This document shows, piece after piece, positions 10,163-21,981 of a stretch of 64,000 nucleotides of DNA. Both the position numbers and the translations under genes were made by a program. The notes under the pieces were generated by a model that saw nothing but the letters and a program-made list of their open reading frames with translations, did not search any database and had not been told where the DNA came from. How positions within the stretch are numbered: the stretch's first letter is position 1; each line of letters starts with the position of its first letter. This stretch comes from an uncultured cyanobacterium (GTDB lineage: Bacteria > Cyanobacteriota > Cyanobacteriia > PCC-9006 > JAAUQQ01). The stretch is from positions 4,032,001 to 4,096,000 of the forward strand of contig OY970368.1 of NCBI GenBank assembly GCA_963718615.1. Reading direction: 5' to 3'.

Positions 10163-11971
10163 CTACGACGCAGCTCCCTCCTCTTTCTTCGGTTTATACG
10201 TCGATTTCACTTCCAGTTCCCGCAACTGTTTTTCATCCACATGGGCCGGAGCATCGGTCATTAAACAGCGAGCCTGTTGGGTTTTGGGGAAGGCGATCGT
10301 GTCACGGATCGAATCTTCACCCGCCATTAGCATCACCAGGCGATCGAGACCATAAGCAATGCCACCATGGGGTGGGGTACCAAATTCAAAGGCATTGAGC
10401 AAAAAGCCGAATTTTTCCTGGGCTTCTTCCTCGGACAGGCCGATGGCCTCAAACACCTTTTCTTGCAGCTCCCGCTGGTAAATGCGCAAACTGCCGCCGC
10501 CGACTTCCGTGCCGTTGAGCACCAGGTCATAGGCTTGGGCACGGGCGGTTTTGAGGTCGTCGATATCCTCGGGATGGGGCGCTGTGAAGGGATGATGCAG
10601 CGCTTCTAGACGCTTTTCGTCGGCGTTGTATTCAAACATCGGAAACTCCGTCACCCAGAGGAAGTTGAGCTGATCCTCAGGCACCAACCCCATGTCGCGG
10701 GCCACAAACTGACGGACGCGATCGAGGGATTTGTTCACCGTCTCCGCATCTGCCGCGCCAAACAGCAAGAGCGTCCCCGCCTCAGCCCCCGTGCGTTGGA
10801 GGATTTCTGCCTTTTGCGCCTCGCTGAGGCCGGTTTTGATGGCACCGATGGTGTCCATGTCCCCATTTTCACGGACACGGATATAGGCAAGACCCTTGGC
10901 ACCCGCTTCGGCAGCTTCCCGGAAGACATCCCCACCGGGCTTAATCCGCACATTGGAAATCGCATCGTTACCGTTGGGAATCGGCAGAATTTTGATGATG
11001 CCACCGCTGGCAACGGTGCCTGAAAAGACCTTAAAGCCGCAATCTGCCAACAGGTCGGTCACCTCAACCAGTTCTAGACCGTAGCGGGTATCGGGGCGAT
11101 CGCACCCATATTTCGCCATGGAAGCTTTGTACGTCAGCCGAGGGAAAGGCCGGGGCAAATCAATCCCCTTGACGGTTTTGAAAATATGGCAAACCAGCGC
11201 TTCGTTGAGCTGAATAATTTCCTCCTCGGACATGAAGCTCATTTCCATGTCGAGCTGGGTAAATTCCGGCTGGCGATCGGCCCGCAGGTCTTCATCCCGG
11301 AAACAGCGGGCGATTTGGTAGTAGCGATCGCACCCCGCCACCATCAACAATTGCTTGAACAACTGAGGAGACTGGGGCAACGCAAACCATTCGCCCAAAT
11401 TCACCCGTGACGGGACCAAAAAGTCCCTGGCCCCCTCCGGCGTGGACTTGTTCAAGATCGGTGTTTCCACCTCCATAAACTGCTCTTGGTCTTCCAAGAA
11501 CCGACGGATCGCCTTAACCACAGCATGGCGAAGTTGCAAGTTCTGAGCCATGCGCTCCCGGCGCAGGTCGAGGTAACGATACTTGAGCCGTAACTCTTCT
11601 TTCACGGACTCGCCACCGTCCGCCGCCGAGACCTGGAACGGTAATTGCTTGTTGACCGTATTCAGCAGTTCGATACTGTCCGCGTAAATTTCAATCTCGC
11701 CCGTGGCCAACCGGGGATTTACGGCCCCGCCCTCGCGGGCGCTGACCCGCCCGGTGATGCGAACGACATACTCACTGCGCACCGCTTCTGCCTGGGGGTA
11801 GGATTTGGGCGTACGTTCAGGATCGCTGACAATTTGGACGATGCCCTGGCGATCGCGCAAATCCACAAAGACCACGCCCCCATGGTCACGGCGGCGATCA
11901 ACCCAGCCACAGAGGGTCACGACTTCACCGATATGCTGGGCGCGGAGTTCGCCGCAGTAGTGGGTTCTCAT
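10163..11971 (-). CDS. aspS: Aspartate--tRNA ligase
   Basis: [52 protein letters not shown]. Confidence 0.98.
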   Translation of the reverse strand: MRTHYCGELRAQHIGEVVTLCGWVDRRRDHGGVVFVDLRDRQGIVQIVSDPERTPKSYPQAEAVRSEYVVRITGRVSAREGGAVNPRLATGEIEIYADSIELLNTVNKQLPFQVSAADGGESVKEELRLKYRYLDLRRERMAQNLQLRHAVVKAIRRFLEDQEQFMEVETPILNKSTPEGARDFLVPSRVNLGEWFALPQSPQLFKQLLMVAGCDRYYQIARCFRDEDLRADRQPEFTQLDMEMSFMSEEEIIQLNEALVCHIFKTVKGIDLPRPFPRLTYKASMAKYGCDRPDTRYGLELVEVTDLLADCGFKVFSGTVASGGIIKILPIPNGNDAISNVRIKPGGDVFREAAEAGAKGLAYIRVRENGDMDTIGAIKTGLSEAQKAEILQRTGAEAGTLLLFGAADAETVNKSLDRVRQFVARDMGLVPEDQLNFLWVTEFPMFEYNADEKRLEALHHPFTAPHPEDIDDLKTARAQAYDLVLNGTEVGGGSLRIYQRELQEKVFEAIGLSEEEAQEKFGFLLNAFEFGTPPHGGIAYGLDRLVMLMAGEDSIRDTIAFPKTQQARCLMTDAPAHVDEKQLRELEVKSTYKPKKEEGAAS

Positions 11972-12342
11972 GGGGACTACAGACTCTAGTGTTTATAAAT
12001 ACGCAGCTTTCTATTATCCAGCATGAACCGGGAAATGCAGCAGGCAATCTGCCAATTCACTCGCCGGTTTTTTGGTATTTTTGTACTGCATTGCGACTGG
12101 CCGCTCCCCCGTAGAAGTTCGAGCCTGTCAGTCACGCATTAAGCAGATTCACGGAAAAATAAGATAGAGAGAACAACGGATTACGGGTGAATCCGCCGAA
12201 GGTTAAGAAGAGATGAAAGAATTTCACTGAGCGTTTCAGTGATGATCTACGGACTGAACACAGGATGCTTTGACTTAGATGCTTTGACTTAAATAAGTTT
12301 GCAATAAATGCAACACCTGAAATATTTCAGGAGGAAACCCGC

Positions 12343-12783
12343 ATGATTCGTCGATTGACTATTCTGGAGGCTGTTGCCCATGAGCAACAGTGGATCACGG
12401 TATTATCTGGGTTTTTAGGGCTGATTCTTTTGGGTAGTTTGACCCATCTTCCCTTAGTGATCAAACTGTTTTTAGGATTTGTGCTGAGCTTGGCGCTCTA
12501 CGGTACAACTATTGTTTCTTTTCGACATATTCGTGTACTCATGTTAATTGGGCTGATTGGCCTAACCCTCTTCAGTATGATCGAGGTTGAAAACAGCCTA
12601 GTTTATGGGTTGTTTTTGAAGTCTACGGATTTTAATGGGATAGTCTTACCGGCTTTGAGAGCGTTGGGCGATCGCCTATTGATTCAGCCTGAAGTTTCTT
12701 TATTATGGACGGTCCCAATTTCATTCTCGGGCAATTTACCGAGTCTAAATTCAAGGCATTCAGCGCAACTACCGAGTTTTTAA
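12343..12783 (+). CDS. Hypothetical membrane protein
   Basis: AGGAGG RBS before the ATG and about three hydrophobic segments. No recognised family. Confidence 0.55.
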   Translation: MIRRLTILEAVAHEQQWITVLSGFLGLILLGSLTHLPLVIKLFLGFVLSLALYGTTIVSFRHIRVLMLIGLIGLTLFSMIEVENSLVYGLFLKSTDFNGIVLPALRALGDRLLIQPEVSLLWTVPISFSGNLPSLNSRHSAQLPSF

Positions 12784-12870
12784 ACTCAACAAATACATGA
12801 ATTGTACATAGAATTCTTCTGGGATTACGGCTCATAATAAAGGATGAGTTTCACTCCGCTCGTCTAGGTC

Positions 12871-15789
12871 ATGTTTGAACCCTTTGGCTATCTGGCTCAC
12901 CGCCAATTCCCTACCCCAGACCTACAGTGGCAAATGGAGCAGGACATCAACCATGGGGATATTTTGCTCAAACTGTCTGATTGGGCCACCCAGGCAGCAG
13001 AACAGTCTACAACGCATCCAGATGACATTAACCTAGCGACCATTCTACAAGCTGCCCAAGAAATCTCGGGGCTCCTCGAATGGAACGAGCTAGCTGAGCG
13101 GGTGAGTCAACAGATTCAGTTTCTGGCTCAAGCAGACCGCTTATTTCTGATCTTACCGAGTGAAATTCAAGCCGTTGCAGAGCAATCATCGCAAACTGAA
13201 TTAGACCTTCCCATCCATTGGATTGAGCAGGTCCAACGAACGAGACAAGCCGTTTACCTGTCTGGCTTTTCCGCAGAGGCTGCAAGTCTAGATCCAGATC
13301 ATTGGGCTACCCATTCTCCCCAATCATGCTTCTGTGTGCCCCTGCTCCATCAGGGGCAATGTTTTGGGAGTATTTACCTCGAATCTGATCATTCCCTAGG
13401 GTTGACGGAGGAGAGTCAGATCCTCATCCAATTTCTCTGTACTCAGGCGGCGATCGCCTTCAGTAATGCGCAGCAATACGAGCGAGTCAAAACTGAGACA
13501 GCAAGGCTAGAACATATCAACAGTTTGATTCGAGCCCAGCAAGATGCCGAGCTAGACGGTATTTTAGCCGTCGATGAAAACTATCGGTTTATTAGCTGCA
13601 ATCGCCGATTTCAGGAACTTTGGGGTATCCCAGAAGAGATTTTCCAATCTCAAGAGACCGATCGCATCAGACAATGGGTTTATGAGCAGGTCGAAGAACT
13701 GCCCAGCTTTGTTGCAAGAATTCAAGAACTTTACAGTAATCCAGGCTTTAAAGCACATGAGGAAGTTCGGCTCAAAGATGGTCGAGTATTTGAGCGATAT
13801 TCAAGCCCGATCCTATCTGAGAAAGGTGAGTTTTGGGGACAGATTTGGTGTTTTCGGGATGTCAGCGAGCATAAAGCCATAGAACAACAGCTTTACCAAT
13901 CTCAGCAACTGCTACAGCTTGTCCTGGATACGATTCCCCAGCAAGTTTGTTGGAAGGATAACAATTCTGTCTATCTCGGTTGCAATCAGGCTTTTGCCAC
14001 GATGGCAGGGCTAGAGTCTTCCAAACAGATTATGGGTAAGACGGATTACGATTTACCTTGGAAACCGCAGGAATCAGAGTTTTTCATAGACTGCGATTGT
14101 CGTGTGATGACCAGCGGCCAAGCTGAGCTCGGCATTATAGAACCACTCCTGACAGGAGAAGGCGAACAAATTTGGCTAGAAACTAATAAGTCTCCTCTTA
14201 GAGACCATTGCGGTGATGTAAAAGGGATTTTAGTCACCATTCAAGATATTACATCCCAGAAAAAAGCAGAGCAAACCCTGCAGCGAATCAATGAAGAATT
14301 AGAAGAACGAGTATCTCAGCGGACGGCTGCATTGGCCGCGATGAATCAGGCACTGGCAGAAGCAAAAATAGCGGCTGATAACGCAAGCCAAGCTAAGAGC
14401 GAATTTCTGGCTAATATGAGTCATGAACTGAGAACTCCTCTAAATGGCATTTTGGGTTATGCACAGATTTTATATCGATCTAGTGATGTTACAGCCAGAT
14501 CAAAAGAGGGCATTACTGTGATTCAGCGATGTGGCGAACATTTACTTCAGTTAATTAATGATATATTGGATCTATCTAAAATTGAGGCTCGTAAGCTTGA
14601 TTTAATCCTCGCTCCTACCCATTTTCCCTCATTTCTTCAGGAAATTGTTGAGATCTGTCGAGTCCGTGCCGATCAAAAGAATATTCAATTTTATTATCAG
14701 CCAGATCCGAGCCTTTCCCATGGACTGGAAATTGATGAAAAACGTCTACGGCAGGTTTTAATTAACATTATCGGAAATGCTATCAAATTTACCGATCATG
14801 GACGTGTTACCTTTGCAATCAAAAAACTTGAGTCCAATCTAGACCCCCATCAAGTCCGTTTAAGATTTAGTGTGTACGATACAGGCGTTGGCATCTCTAC
14901 TGAAAACTTAGGTCGTCTTTTCCATGCCTTTGAGCAGGTCAGTGAGGGCCGGCATCAGATTGAAGGGACAGGCCTAGGGCTTGCAATTAGTCAGAGACTT
15001 GTTACCCTCATGGGAGGTGTGATTCAAGTTGAAAGCCAACTCAATCAGGGCAGCCATTTCTTTTTCGAATTAGCGTTTTTTACTTCGGATGCGTGCTCAG
15101 TTGACAGCCAATCATCCAGTGAAAATATTTCAGGCTATCGGGGTCCGCGCCGCCATATTTTGGTGGTGGATGATCGTCGGGAAAATCGAGATGTGATCAA
15201 GCAGCTTCTGGGAAATATAGGCTTTACAGTGACTGAAGCGGAACAGGGCCAAGAGGCGCTCGAAAAAATGCAACATCATTTGCCGGATCTGGTAATTATG
15301 GATTTATGTATGCCTGTACTTGATGGCTATGCCTTTCTAAAAGTAGTACGCAATCACGAGAAGTTTTCTTCTATCCCCGTTATTATCTCTTCCGCTTCAG
15401 TTGGCGAAGCAAACCGGCAAAACAGTATACAAGCAGAGGACAATAATTTTCTAAGTAAACCGATTCGCTTAGACGAGTTGTTGATTGTGTTGCAAAGCCA
15501 TTTATCTCTGACCTGGCATTACAAAGATGATTGCAAAGATTCATCCCCCCCCTTGGCACCACCAACGAATCCTCAGCAACCCTCGGATCTTCCATCCCAA
15601 GATAATTTACAACTGTTGTTTGAGTTGATTAGCCGGGGAAGAATTAAAAAGTTTAATGAGTTTTTGGAGGAACTCCGTTCTCAAAATTTAGGCCATGCTG
15701 AATTTCTCGATCGCCTACGGTTTTTTAGTCGACGATTTGAACTAGAGAAAATTGAGAGTTTGCTGCAAGAATATCTAATAAAGTCCTAA
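12871..15789 (+). CDS. Hybrid sensor histidine kinase (GAF-PAS-PAS-HisKA-HATPase-REC)
   Basis: FLANMSHELRTPLN H-box, NAIKFT, DTGVG, GTGLGL, receiver ILVVDD...MDLCMP...KP. Confidence 0.95.
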   Translation: MFEPFGYLAHRQFPTPDLQWQMEQDINHGDILLKLSDWATQAAEQSTTHPDDINLATILQAAQEISGLLEWNELAERVSQQIQFLAQADRLFLILPSEIQAVAEQSSQTELDLPIHWIEQVQRTRQAVYLSGFSAEAASLDPDHWATHSPQSCFCVPLLHQGQCFGSIYLESDHSLGLTEESQILIQFLCTQAAIAFSNAQQYERVKTETARLEHINSLIRAQQDAELDGILAVDENYRFISCNRRFQELWGIPEEIFQSQETDRIRQWVYEQVEELPSFVARIQELYSNPGFKAHEEVRLKDGRVFERYSSPILSEKGEFWGQIWCFRDVSEHKAIEQQLYQSQQLLQLVLDTIPQQVCWKDNNSVYLGCNQAFATMAGLESSKQIMGKTDYDLPWKPQESEFFIDCDCRVMTSGQAELGIIEPLLTGEGEQIWLETNKSPLRDHCGDVKGILVTIQDITSQKKAEQTLQRINEELEERVSQRTAALAAMNQALAEAKIAADNASQAKSEFLANMSHELRTPLNGILGYAQILYRSSDVTARSKEGITVIQRCGEHLLQLINDILDLSKIEARKLDLILAPTHFPSFLQEIVEICRVRADQKNIQFYYQPDPSLSHGLEIDEKRLRQVLINIIGNAIKFTDHGRVTFAIKKLESNLDPHQVRLRFSVYDTGVGISTENLGRLFHAFEQVSEGRHQIEGTGLGLAISQRLVTLMGGVIQVESQLNQGSHFFFELAFFTSDACSVDSQSSSENISGYRGPRRHILVVDDRRENRDVIKQLLGNIGFTVTEAEQGQEALEKMQHHLPDLVIMDLCMPVLDGYAFLKVVRNHEKFSSIPVIISSASVGEANRQNSIQAEDNNFLSKPIRLDELLIVLQSHLSLTWHYKDDCKDSSPPLAPPTNPQQPSDLPSQDNLQLLFELISRGRIKKFNEFLEELRSQNLGHAEFLDRLRFFSRRFELEKIESLLQEYLIKS

Positions 15790-15874
15790 GCCTGTCCTGC
15801 TGCCTTTTAAGCCTTAGTAGGACAATCATGCACTCGAATCAGCGAAGAATAAACACCTCATTTGCTTTAAGATT

Positions 15875-17965
15875 ATGGCTTACTCTACTCAGGGACTAAT
15901 TTTAATTGTTGACGATACACCTGCAAATTTAAATGTAATTTCAGAAACCTTGGCCGATGCAGGATTTGAAACTGCGATCGCCACCAGCGGAGAGCGAGCC
16001 CTGCTACAGATTCAACGGGATCAGCCCGATCTAATTCTTTTAGATATTATGATGCCTGGGATTAATGGGTTTGAGACCTGTCGTCGCCTAAAGGCTGATC
16101 CGCGTTTTAGCCGAATTCCGATTATTTTTATGACGGCTTTGGCGGATATCAATAGTAAAGTGGAGGGCTTAGAAGCTGGAGCCGTTGACTATATTACTAA
16201 GCCGTTTCAAGAACAGGAAGTTTTGGCTCGGGTTAAGATCCATTTGGAGCTTAAACGTACCCAGGATCAATTGCGGCAAAGCGAAGAACGGCTGGATAGT
16301 ATTATCAGCGCCTTGGAGGAAGTGGTCTTTTCTGCTTTTTTGGAACCGCTAGAGTTTTCCTATCTTAATCCTGTTACTGAGCGGGTTTTAGGGCACCATC
16401 CTGATGTTTTTTTCGTAGATCCTCACCTTTGGTCTCGATTAGTTCATCCTGAAGATCGCGATAGAGTTCAACAGTTGTTGAGTCAGCTAGAAAATAATAA
16501 ATTTTTAGACTTTGAATATCGAATTCTGAATGACTCTGGAGAAACTCGCTGGCTTCATTGCCGTGCTCAGATTCGGTTTCAGGTTGCGGATGAACGCTTT
16601 AGACTTGATGGAATTGTTCATGACATTAGCGATCGCAAACAAGCAGAGCATGAATTGCGCTACACGGCTCAGCACGATAGCTTGACGGGGCTAGCCAATC
16701 GGGCGTATTTTATGGAGCAATTAAATGATGTCCTCCAGTATCCTCGTCAGCGAAAAAGTGATCAATTTGCTATCTTATTTATTGATCTCGATCGTTTTAA
16801 AACCGTTAATGATAGTTTAGGACATCTCTGTGGTGATCAATTATTAATTCAGGTGAGTGAAGTTCTTAAAGACTCCATTCGTCCCTCCGATATCGTTGCT
16901 CGTCTAGGCGGAGATGAGTTTACTATTTTACTCAAGAATATTCATGAATCTCGCGAAGCAGTAACCATTAGCGATCGTATTCAAGAGCAACTCCGAGAAC
17001 CATTTTGCCTAGAGGAACAAAATGTATTTGTTAGTGCGAGTATCGGAATTGTTCTAGACTCTGAAAAGTATCAAAGCGCAGACGAGTTACTCCGTGATGC
17101 TGATATCGCGATGTATCAGGCAAAAAATCTAGGCAAGGCTTGTCATCAGCTCTTTAGCGAAGAGATGTATAAACAGGCTATTCAAAAACTCACGCTAGAA
17201 AATGAGCTGCGATTGGCAATTGATCGTCAAGAATTTGTCTTGCATTATCAGCCGATCAAAAAACTATTAAGCAACAAAGTTACGGGATTTGAGGCTTTAG
17301 TACGCTGGAACCATCCGGGTCGAGGCTTTATCCCACCCAATGCGTTTATTCCTTTAGCAGAAGAAACAGGGCTCATTATTCCACTGGGTGAGTACATCTT
17401 GCGAGAAGCCTGTTTGCAAATGAGCCGCTGGCGAGCTCAGTATCCAGCGGTTGATCATTTGGTGATGAGTGTTAACCTATCGAGTAAGCAACTACAACTT
17501 CCTAACTTTCTAGAGATTTTGGAGAATATTGTTGCTGAGACTAATCTTCAGCCTGCCAACTTAAAATTGGAAATTACAGAAAGTCTATTGATGGATAATA
17601 GTGATGCGACATTACAACTTTTACAAGAGCTACAAAAACGGGGATTCCAACTCAGTCTAGATGACTTTGGCACAGGCTATTCTTCCTTGAGCTATCTCCA
17701 TCGATTTCCTATTAATACCCTCAAAATTGATCGCTCGTTTGTCAAAACCATGGAGCCGGGATTAACCAGCTTCGAAATTGTTCGCACGATTACGGCTTTG
17801 GCTCGAACTTTAAAACTCAACGTTGTCGCTGAGGGGGTGGAGACGGCTGAACAGGCAGAATATCTTAAGTCGCTTGATTGTGATATGGTTCAAGGCTACT
17901 TCTTTTCCAAGCCTCTAGGGATTGAAGATGCAACTCGCTGGCTGGAGGAAGAATTACAAAATTAA
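15875..17965 (+). CDS. Response regulator diguanylate cyclase/phosphodiesterase (REC-PAS-GGDEF-EAL)
   Basis: LIVDD/LLDIMMP, HPED PAS, HDSLTGL, RLGGDEF, EALVRW, DDFGTGYSS. Confidence 0.95.
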   Translation: MAYSTQGLILIVDDTPANLNVISETLADAGFETAIATSGERALLQIQRDQPDLILLDIMMPGINGFETCRRLKADPRFSRIPIIFMTALADINSKVEGLEAGAVDYITKPFQEQEVLARVKIHLELKRTQDQLRQSEERLDSIISALEEVVFSAFLEPLEFSYLNPVTERVLGHHPDVFFVDPHLWSRLVHPEDRDRVQQLLSQLENNKFLDFEYRILNDSGETRWLHCRAQIRFQVADERFRLDGIVHDISDRKQAEHELRYTAQHDSLTGLANRAYFMEQLNDVLQYPRQRKSDQFAILFIDLDRFKTVNDSLGHLCGDQLLIQVSEVLKDSIRPSDIVARLGGDEFTILLKNIHESREAVTISDRIQEQLREPFCLEEQNVFVSASIGIVLDSEKYQSADELLRDADIAMYQAKNLGKACHQLFSEEMYKQAIQKLTLENELRLAIDRQEFVLHYQPIKKLLSNKVTGFEALVRWNHPGRGFIPPNAFIPLAEETGLIIPLGEYILREACLQMSRWRAQYPAVDHLVMSVNLSSKQLQLPNFLEILENIVAETNLQPANLKLEITESLLMDNSDATLQLLQELQKRGFQLSLDDFGTGYSSLSYLHRFPINTLKIDRSFVKTMEPGLTSFEIVRTITALARTLKLNVVAEGVETAEQAEYLKSLDCDMVQGYFFSKPLGIEDATRWLEEELQN

Positions 17966-18042
17966 TCGAGGCTTGCTGAAAAGGTCACCTCCTTCTCTAG
18001 TCGCAGATTGCGAACTGAAGCTGGGCGATCGCTAAGGCGTGA

Positions 18043-18846
18043 TTAATGCACCGCCTGAATTGGCCCCTCCACACTGGCACTAAAAAACTGCCGCACATAG
18101 GGATTCTCCGTCTCATCCAGCTCCCCAGCAGCCCCCCGCCAGCACACCTCCCCCCCATAGAGCATCACCACCTGCTCCGCTGTCCGACGGATCGTACTCT
18201 CCTGGTGTGTCACCACCACATAGGTCGAACAATTTGCTTCATTACAGCCCAAATTCCACATCAAGTCTTCAATAATCGTTGAAGCGATCGGATCCAACCC
18301 CGCTGTTGGCTCATCGTAGAGAATTAACCCCGTTTGGGTGCGATCGGCAGAATTGGGATCCTCAATAATCGCCCGCGCAAAACTCACCCGCTTGCGCATC
18401 CCCCCCGACAACTCCGCCGGATACAAATTACAGATATCTCCTAATCCCACCCGGTCCAAGCTCTCCAACACCAACTCCCGAATTCGACGATGGGGCAACT
18501 TGGAATGCTGATAGAGAAAAAAGCCAACATTTTCGCCCACCGTTAGGGAATCAAACAGCGCCGCCTGCTGAAACACTAAGCTAATGTGAAACGGGTCCGC
18601 CGCATCCTCGATCAGGCTTCGTCGGGGCTCCCCCCGCAGCAGCACCTGCCCCTCATCCGGCATCAACAACCCCGCAATCACCCGCAGAATCGTCGATTTT
18701 CCCGTGCCGGAGGGGCCGATAATGGCGATGCGATCGCCCTCAAAGATCTTGAGATTTACCCCCTTCAAAACCGTCTGATTTCCGAAAGTTTTATAAACTC
18801 CCCGCAATTCCACCAAGGGAATTTGAGTTGCCTCTACCATGGGCAT
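18043..18846 (-). CDS. ABC transporter ATP-binding protein, MlaF/Mkl/TGD3-like
   Basis: GPSGTGKS, VFQQAALFDSLTV, LSGGMRKR, DEPTAGLDP. Confidence 0.9.
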   Translation of the reverse strand: MPMVEATQIPLVELRGVYKTFGNQTVLKGVNLKIFEGDRIAIIGPSGTGKSTILRVIAGLLMPDEGQVLLRGEPRRSLIEDAADPFHISLVFQQAALFDSLTVGENVGFFLYQHSKLPHRRIRELVLESLDRVGLGDICNLYPAELSGGMRKRVSFARAIIEDPNSADRTQTGLILYDEPTAGLDPIASTIIEDLMWNLGCNEANCSTYVVVTHQESTIRRTAEQVVMLYGGEVCWRGAAGELDETENPYVRQFFSASVEGPIQAVH

Positions 18847-18936
18847 GCGTCCTCAGAGTCTGTAGGATAGGCACCTTGCCCCCTACTCTACACTGGCCAC
18901 GGCCCCCCTTTCGACGATGGAGTTTGAGACGGGATA

Positions 18937-20310
18937 ATGAGCACCATGAGCTTGTTCAAACGCACTATATATAGCCTAGGCCATGGTCTGGGACGGGTTT
19001 CCCGCCAGCGGACCCCTCGCCGGGTAGGTCAGTGGTTTAAGTGGCTGATGCCGGGCCTTTTCGTCAAACGCTGGATGTTTATGAGCGCTTCTGGCGTTCT
19101 ATTAACCGGCTTGGGACTAGCGATTTGGGCTAATTTGAGCCCGGTCCACTACATGATTCGGTTTACCCGCGATGCCCTAGAAACCATCACCCGTGTCATT
19201 CCTAGCAGCATCAGTGGCCCCTTGGTTTTGTTAGCCGGTTTGCTTTTTGTGTTTTGGGGCCAAAGCCGCACATTCGACAGCATCAGCGATGTCCTGATGC
19301 CGGAGCGAGACGAGGAACTGGTGGACATGCTCCTCACCCATCGGCGGCTCAATCGCGGTCCGAAGATCGTAGTCGTGGGGGGCGGGACCGGTCTATCGAC
19401 GCTGTTGCGGGGGATCAAGGTCTATAGCTCGAATATTACGGCGATCGTCACCGTGGCCGATGATGGCGGGTCCTCCGGGCGACTGCGGCGGGAAATGGGC
19501 GTTCAGCCACCGGGAGATATTCGCAACTGTGTGACGGCCTTGGCGCGGGAAGAAAAGCTGCTGACGGAACTGTTTAGCTATCGGTTTGAAACCGGCGATG
19601 GCTTGGCGGGCCATAGCTTTGGCAACTTGTTTTTGACGGCGATGACCAACGTCACCGGGGATTTTGAGCGGGCGATCGCCGCCTCCTCCGAAGTCCTGGC
19701 CGTGCGAGGGACCGTCCTCCCCGCCACCCTTAGTGATGTGCGCCTCTGGGCCAAGCTGGAAGATGGTCGCATCGTCGAAGGGGAATCCAATATTCCTAAG
19801 GCCGGGGGGAAAATCGTTGAAATTGGCTGTAGTCCAGAAAATCCTCCGGCCCTGCCTCGGGTGTTGGAGGCGATCGCCGACGCCGATTTCATCATCATTG
19901 GCCCCGGTAGTCTCTACACCAGCATCATCCCTAACCTCCTGGTCCCGGACATTGCCGACGCCATTGACCGAGCCGAGGCTCCCCGGATTTATGTCTCCAA
20001 CGTCATGACCCAACCGGGGGAAACCACGGGGTATAGCGTTGCCGACCACATCGCCGCCATCGACCGATCCTGTGGTCGAGCCTTATTTGACGCGGTTTTA
20101 GTCCAGCGCATGCCCCCCTCCGAGGTCGCCCTAGTGCGCTATGCCCAGGAAAAATCCCACCCGGTTTCCTTCGATCGCGAAGCCATCCTGCTATCGGGCC
20201 GCCGCATTGTCCTCGCCAATGTCATGGACGAAGAACCCGATGGCCTCGTACGTCACAATTCCCAGCGGCTGGGGCGTATCTTGATGCGTTGGTACCAAAA
20301 AAATTGTTAG
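18937..20310 (+). CDS. yvcK: YvcK/CofD-family (UPF0052) protein with N-terminal membrane segments
   Basis: [33 protein letters not shown]. Confidence 0.9.
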   Translation: MSTMSLFKRTIYSLGHGLGRVSRQRTPRRVGQWFKWLMPGLFVKRWMFMSASGVLLTGLGLAIWANLSPVHYMIRFTRDALETITRVIPSSISGPLVLLAGLLFVFWGQSRTFDSISDVLMPERDEELVDMLLTHRRLNRGPKIVVVGGGTGLSTLLRGIKVYSSNITAIVTVADDGGSSGRLRREMGVQPPGDIRNCVTALAREEKLLTELFSYRFETGDGLAGHSFGNLFLTAMTNVTGDFERAIAASSEVLAVRGTVLPATLSDVRLWAKLEDGRIVEGESNIPKAGGKIVEIGCSPENPPALPRVLEAIADADFIIIGPGSLYTSIIPNLLVPDIADAIDRAEAPRIYVSNVMTQPGETTGYSVADHIAAIDRSCGRALFDAVLVQRMPPSEVALVRYAQEKSHPVSFDREAILLSGRRIVLANVMDEEPDGLVRHNSQRLGRILMRWYQKNC

Positions 20311-20376
20311 GCGGCGCTGAGGCTGCGTTCGATTTAGCGGCGTTCGATCGCTGCGTTCAATCAAAAATGTCAAGTC

Positions 20377-20916
20377 ATGATGGAAGCGCTGACCTGTTTT
20401 CTACCCGATGCCACAGCAACCCATCGTCTGGGCTCGATCCTCGGCGAAACCCTACCTCCAGGGGCGGTCCTCTTGCTCGAAGGGGATCTGGGCAGTGGTA
20501 AAACCAGTTTGGTTCAGGGGATTGGGGCTGGGTTAGGGATTGGGGAGGCGATCGCCAGCCCCACGTTCACCCTGATCTGCGAATACCTCGAAGGCCGCCT
20601 GCCGCTCTACCACCTTGATCTCTACCGCCTCACCCCCGCCGCCGTGGACCCGCTTTATCTAGAAACCTATTGGGAAGGCGAAGAAGTAGAACCGGGCATC
20701 ATGGCGATCGAATGGCCCGATCGTCTCTCCTATCGACCCGAACGGTATCTTTTAATCACCCTCACCCCCCAAGCCGAAGGCCGCCAAGCCCAATTGCAAT
20801 GGCTGGCAAACCGCTCCGGCCATCCCCCCCTCCCCAGCCCAGAGACCTCAGAATACGAAGCCTGGGTCAAGATTCAGCAAATGCTGGATAGGACGGGTCT
20901 AGCGCTCCCCAGATAA
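20377..20916 (+). CDS. tsaE: t6A biosynthesis ATPase TsaE
   Basis: GDLGSGKT, SPTFTL, HLDLYRL, IEW. Confidence 0.95.
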   Translation: MMEALTCFLPDATATHRLGSILGETLPPGAVLLLEGDLGSGKTSLVQGIGAGLGIGEAIASPTFTLICEYLEGRLPLYHLDLYRLTPAAVDPLYLETYWEGEEVEPGIMAIEWPDRLSYRPERYLLITLTPQAEGRQAQLQWLANRSGHPPLPSPETSEYEAWVKIQQMLDRTGLALPR

Positions 20917-20973
20917 CGCGCCAAAAACCGCTATATTGAAATTCGTCTTGATAGAGAGGAACTGGGAACCAAC

Positions 20974-21957
20974 ATGGCTGAAACATTATTGTTTAATGCC
21001 CTGCGGGAAGCTACCGATGAAGAAATGGCTCGCGATCCCAGCGTCCTGGTGATGGGAGAAGATGTGGGCCATTACGGAGGCTCCTATAAGGTCACAAAAG
21101 ATTTATACAAAAAATATGGGGATCTTCGCTTACTCGATACGCCGATCGCCGAGAACAGTTTTACAGGCATGGCCGTAGGGGCAGCGATGACTGGCCTGCG
21201 CCCGATCATCGAAGGCATGAACATGGGCTTTTTGCTCCTGGCCTTCAACCAAATCGCCAACAATGCTGGCATGCTGCGCTACACCTCCGGCGGCAATTTC
21301 AAGATTCCCATGGTGATTCGCGGTCCCGGTGGCGTCGGTCGCCAGCTCGGCGCGGAGCATTCCCAGCGGCTCGAAGCCTATTTTCATGCGGTCCCCGGTC
21401 TCAAGATCGTCGCCTGCTCGACACCCAAAAATGCCAAGGGGCTGCTCAAGGCGGCCATCCGCGATGACAATCCAGTGTTGTTCTTTGAGCATGTGCTGCT
21501 CTACAACCTCAAGGAAAATCTGCCCGAGGGCGATTACATCCAGCCCCTTGACAAGGCCGAACTGGTGCGCGAAGGCAAAGACGTGACGATCTTGACCTAC
21601 TCCCGCATGCGCCACCACTGCACCCAGGCGGCCAAGGCGCTGGAGAAGGAAGGCTACGACCCCGAAGTCATTGACCTAATCTCCCTCAAACCCTTTGATT
21701 TTGAGATGATCGGCGCTTCGATCCAAAAGACCCACCGGGTGATCATCGTTGAAGAATGTATGCGCACGGGCGGCATTGCAGCAGAACTGATCGCCTCGAT
21801 TACCGATCGCTACTTTGACGAACTCGATGCTCCCCCCGTGCGTCTGTCCTCCCAGGACATCCCCACCCCCTACAATGGCACCCTGGAGAACCTCACCATC
21901 GTGCAGCCCGAGCAAATCGTAGGGGCCGTGAAAGACATGATGGCCCTGCAAATCTAA
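20974..21957 (+). CDS. pdhB: Pyruvate dehydrogenase E1 beta subunit
   Basis: [26 protein letters not shown]. Confidence 0.97.
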   Translation: MAETLLFNALREATDEEMARDPSVLVMGEDVGHYGGSYKVTKDLYKKYGDLRLLDTPIAENSFTGMAVGAAMTGLRPIIEGMNMGFLLLAFNQIANNAGMLRYTSGGNFKIPMVIRGPGGVGRQLGAEHSQRLEAYFHAVPGLKIVACSTPKNAKGLLKAAIRDDNPVLFFEHVLLYNLKENLPEGDYIQPLDKAELVREGKDVTILTYSRMRHHCTQAAKALEKEGYDPEVIDLISLKPFDFEMIGASIQKTHRVIIVEECMRTGGIAAELIASITDRYFDELDAPPVRLSSQDIPTPYNGTLENLTIVQPEQIVGAVKDMMALQI

Positions 21958-21981
21958 TCTGGCGTGAACCAGGAGTAAACC

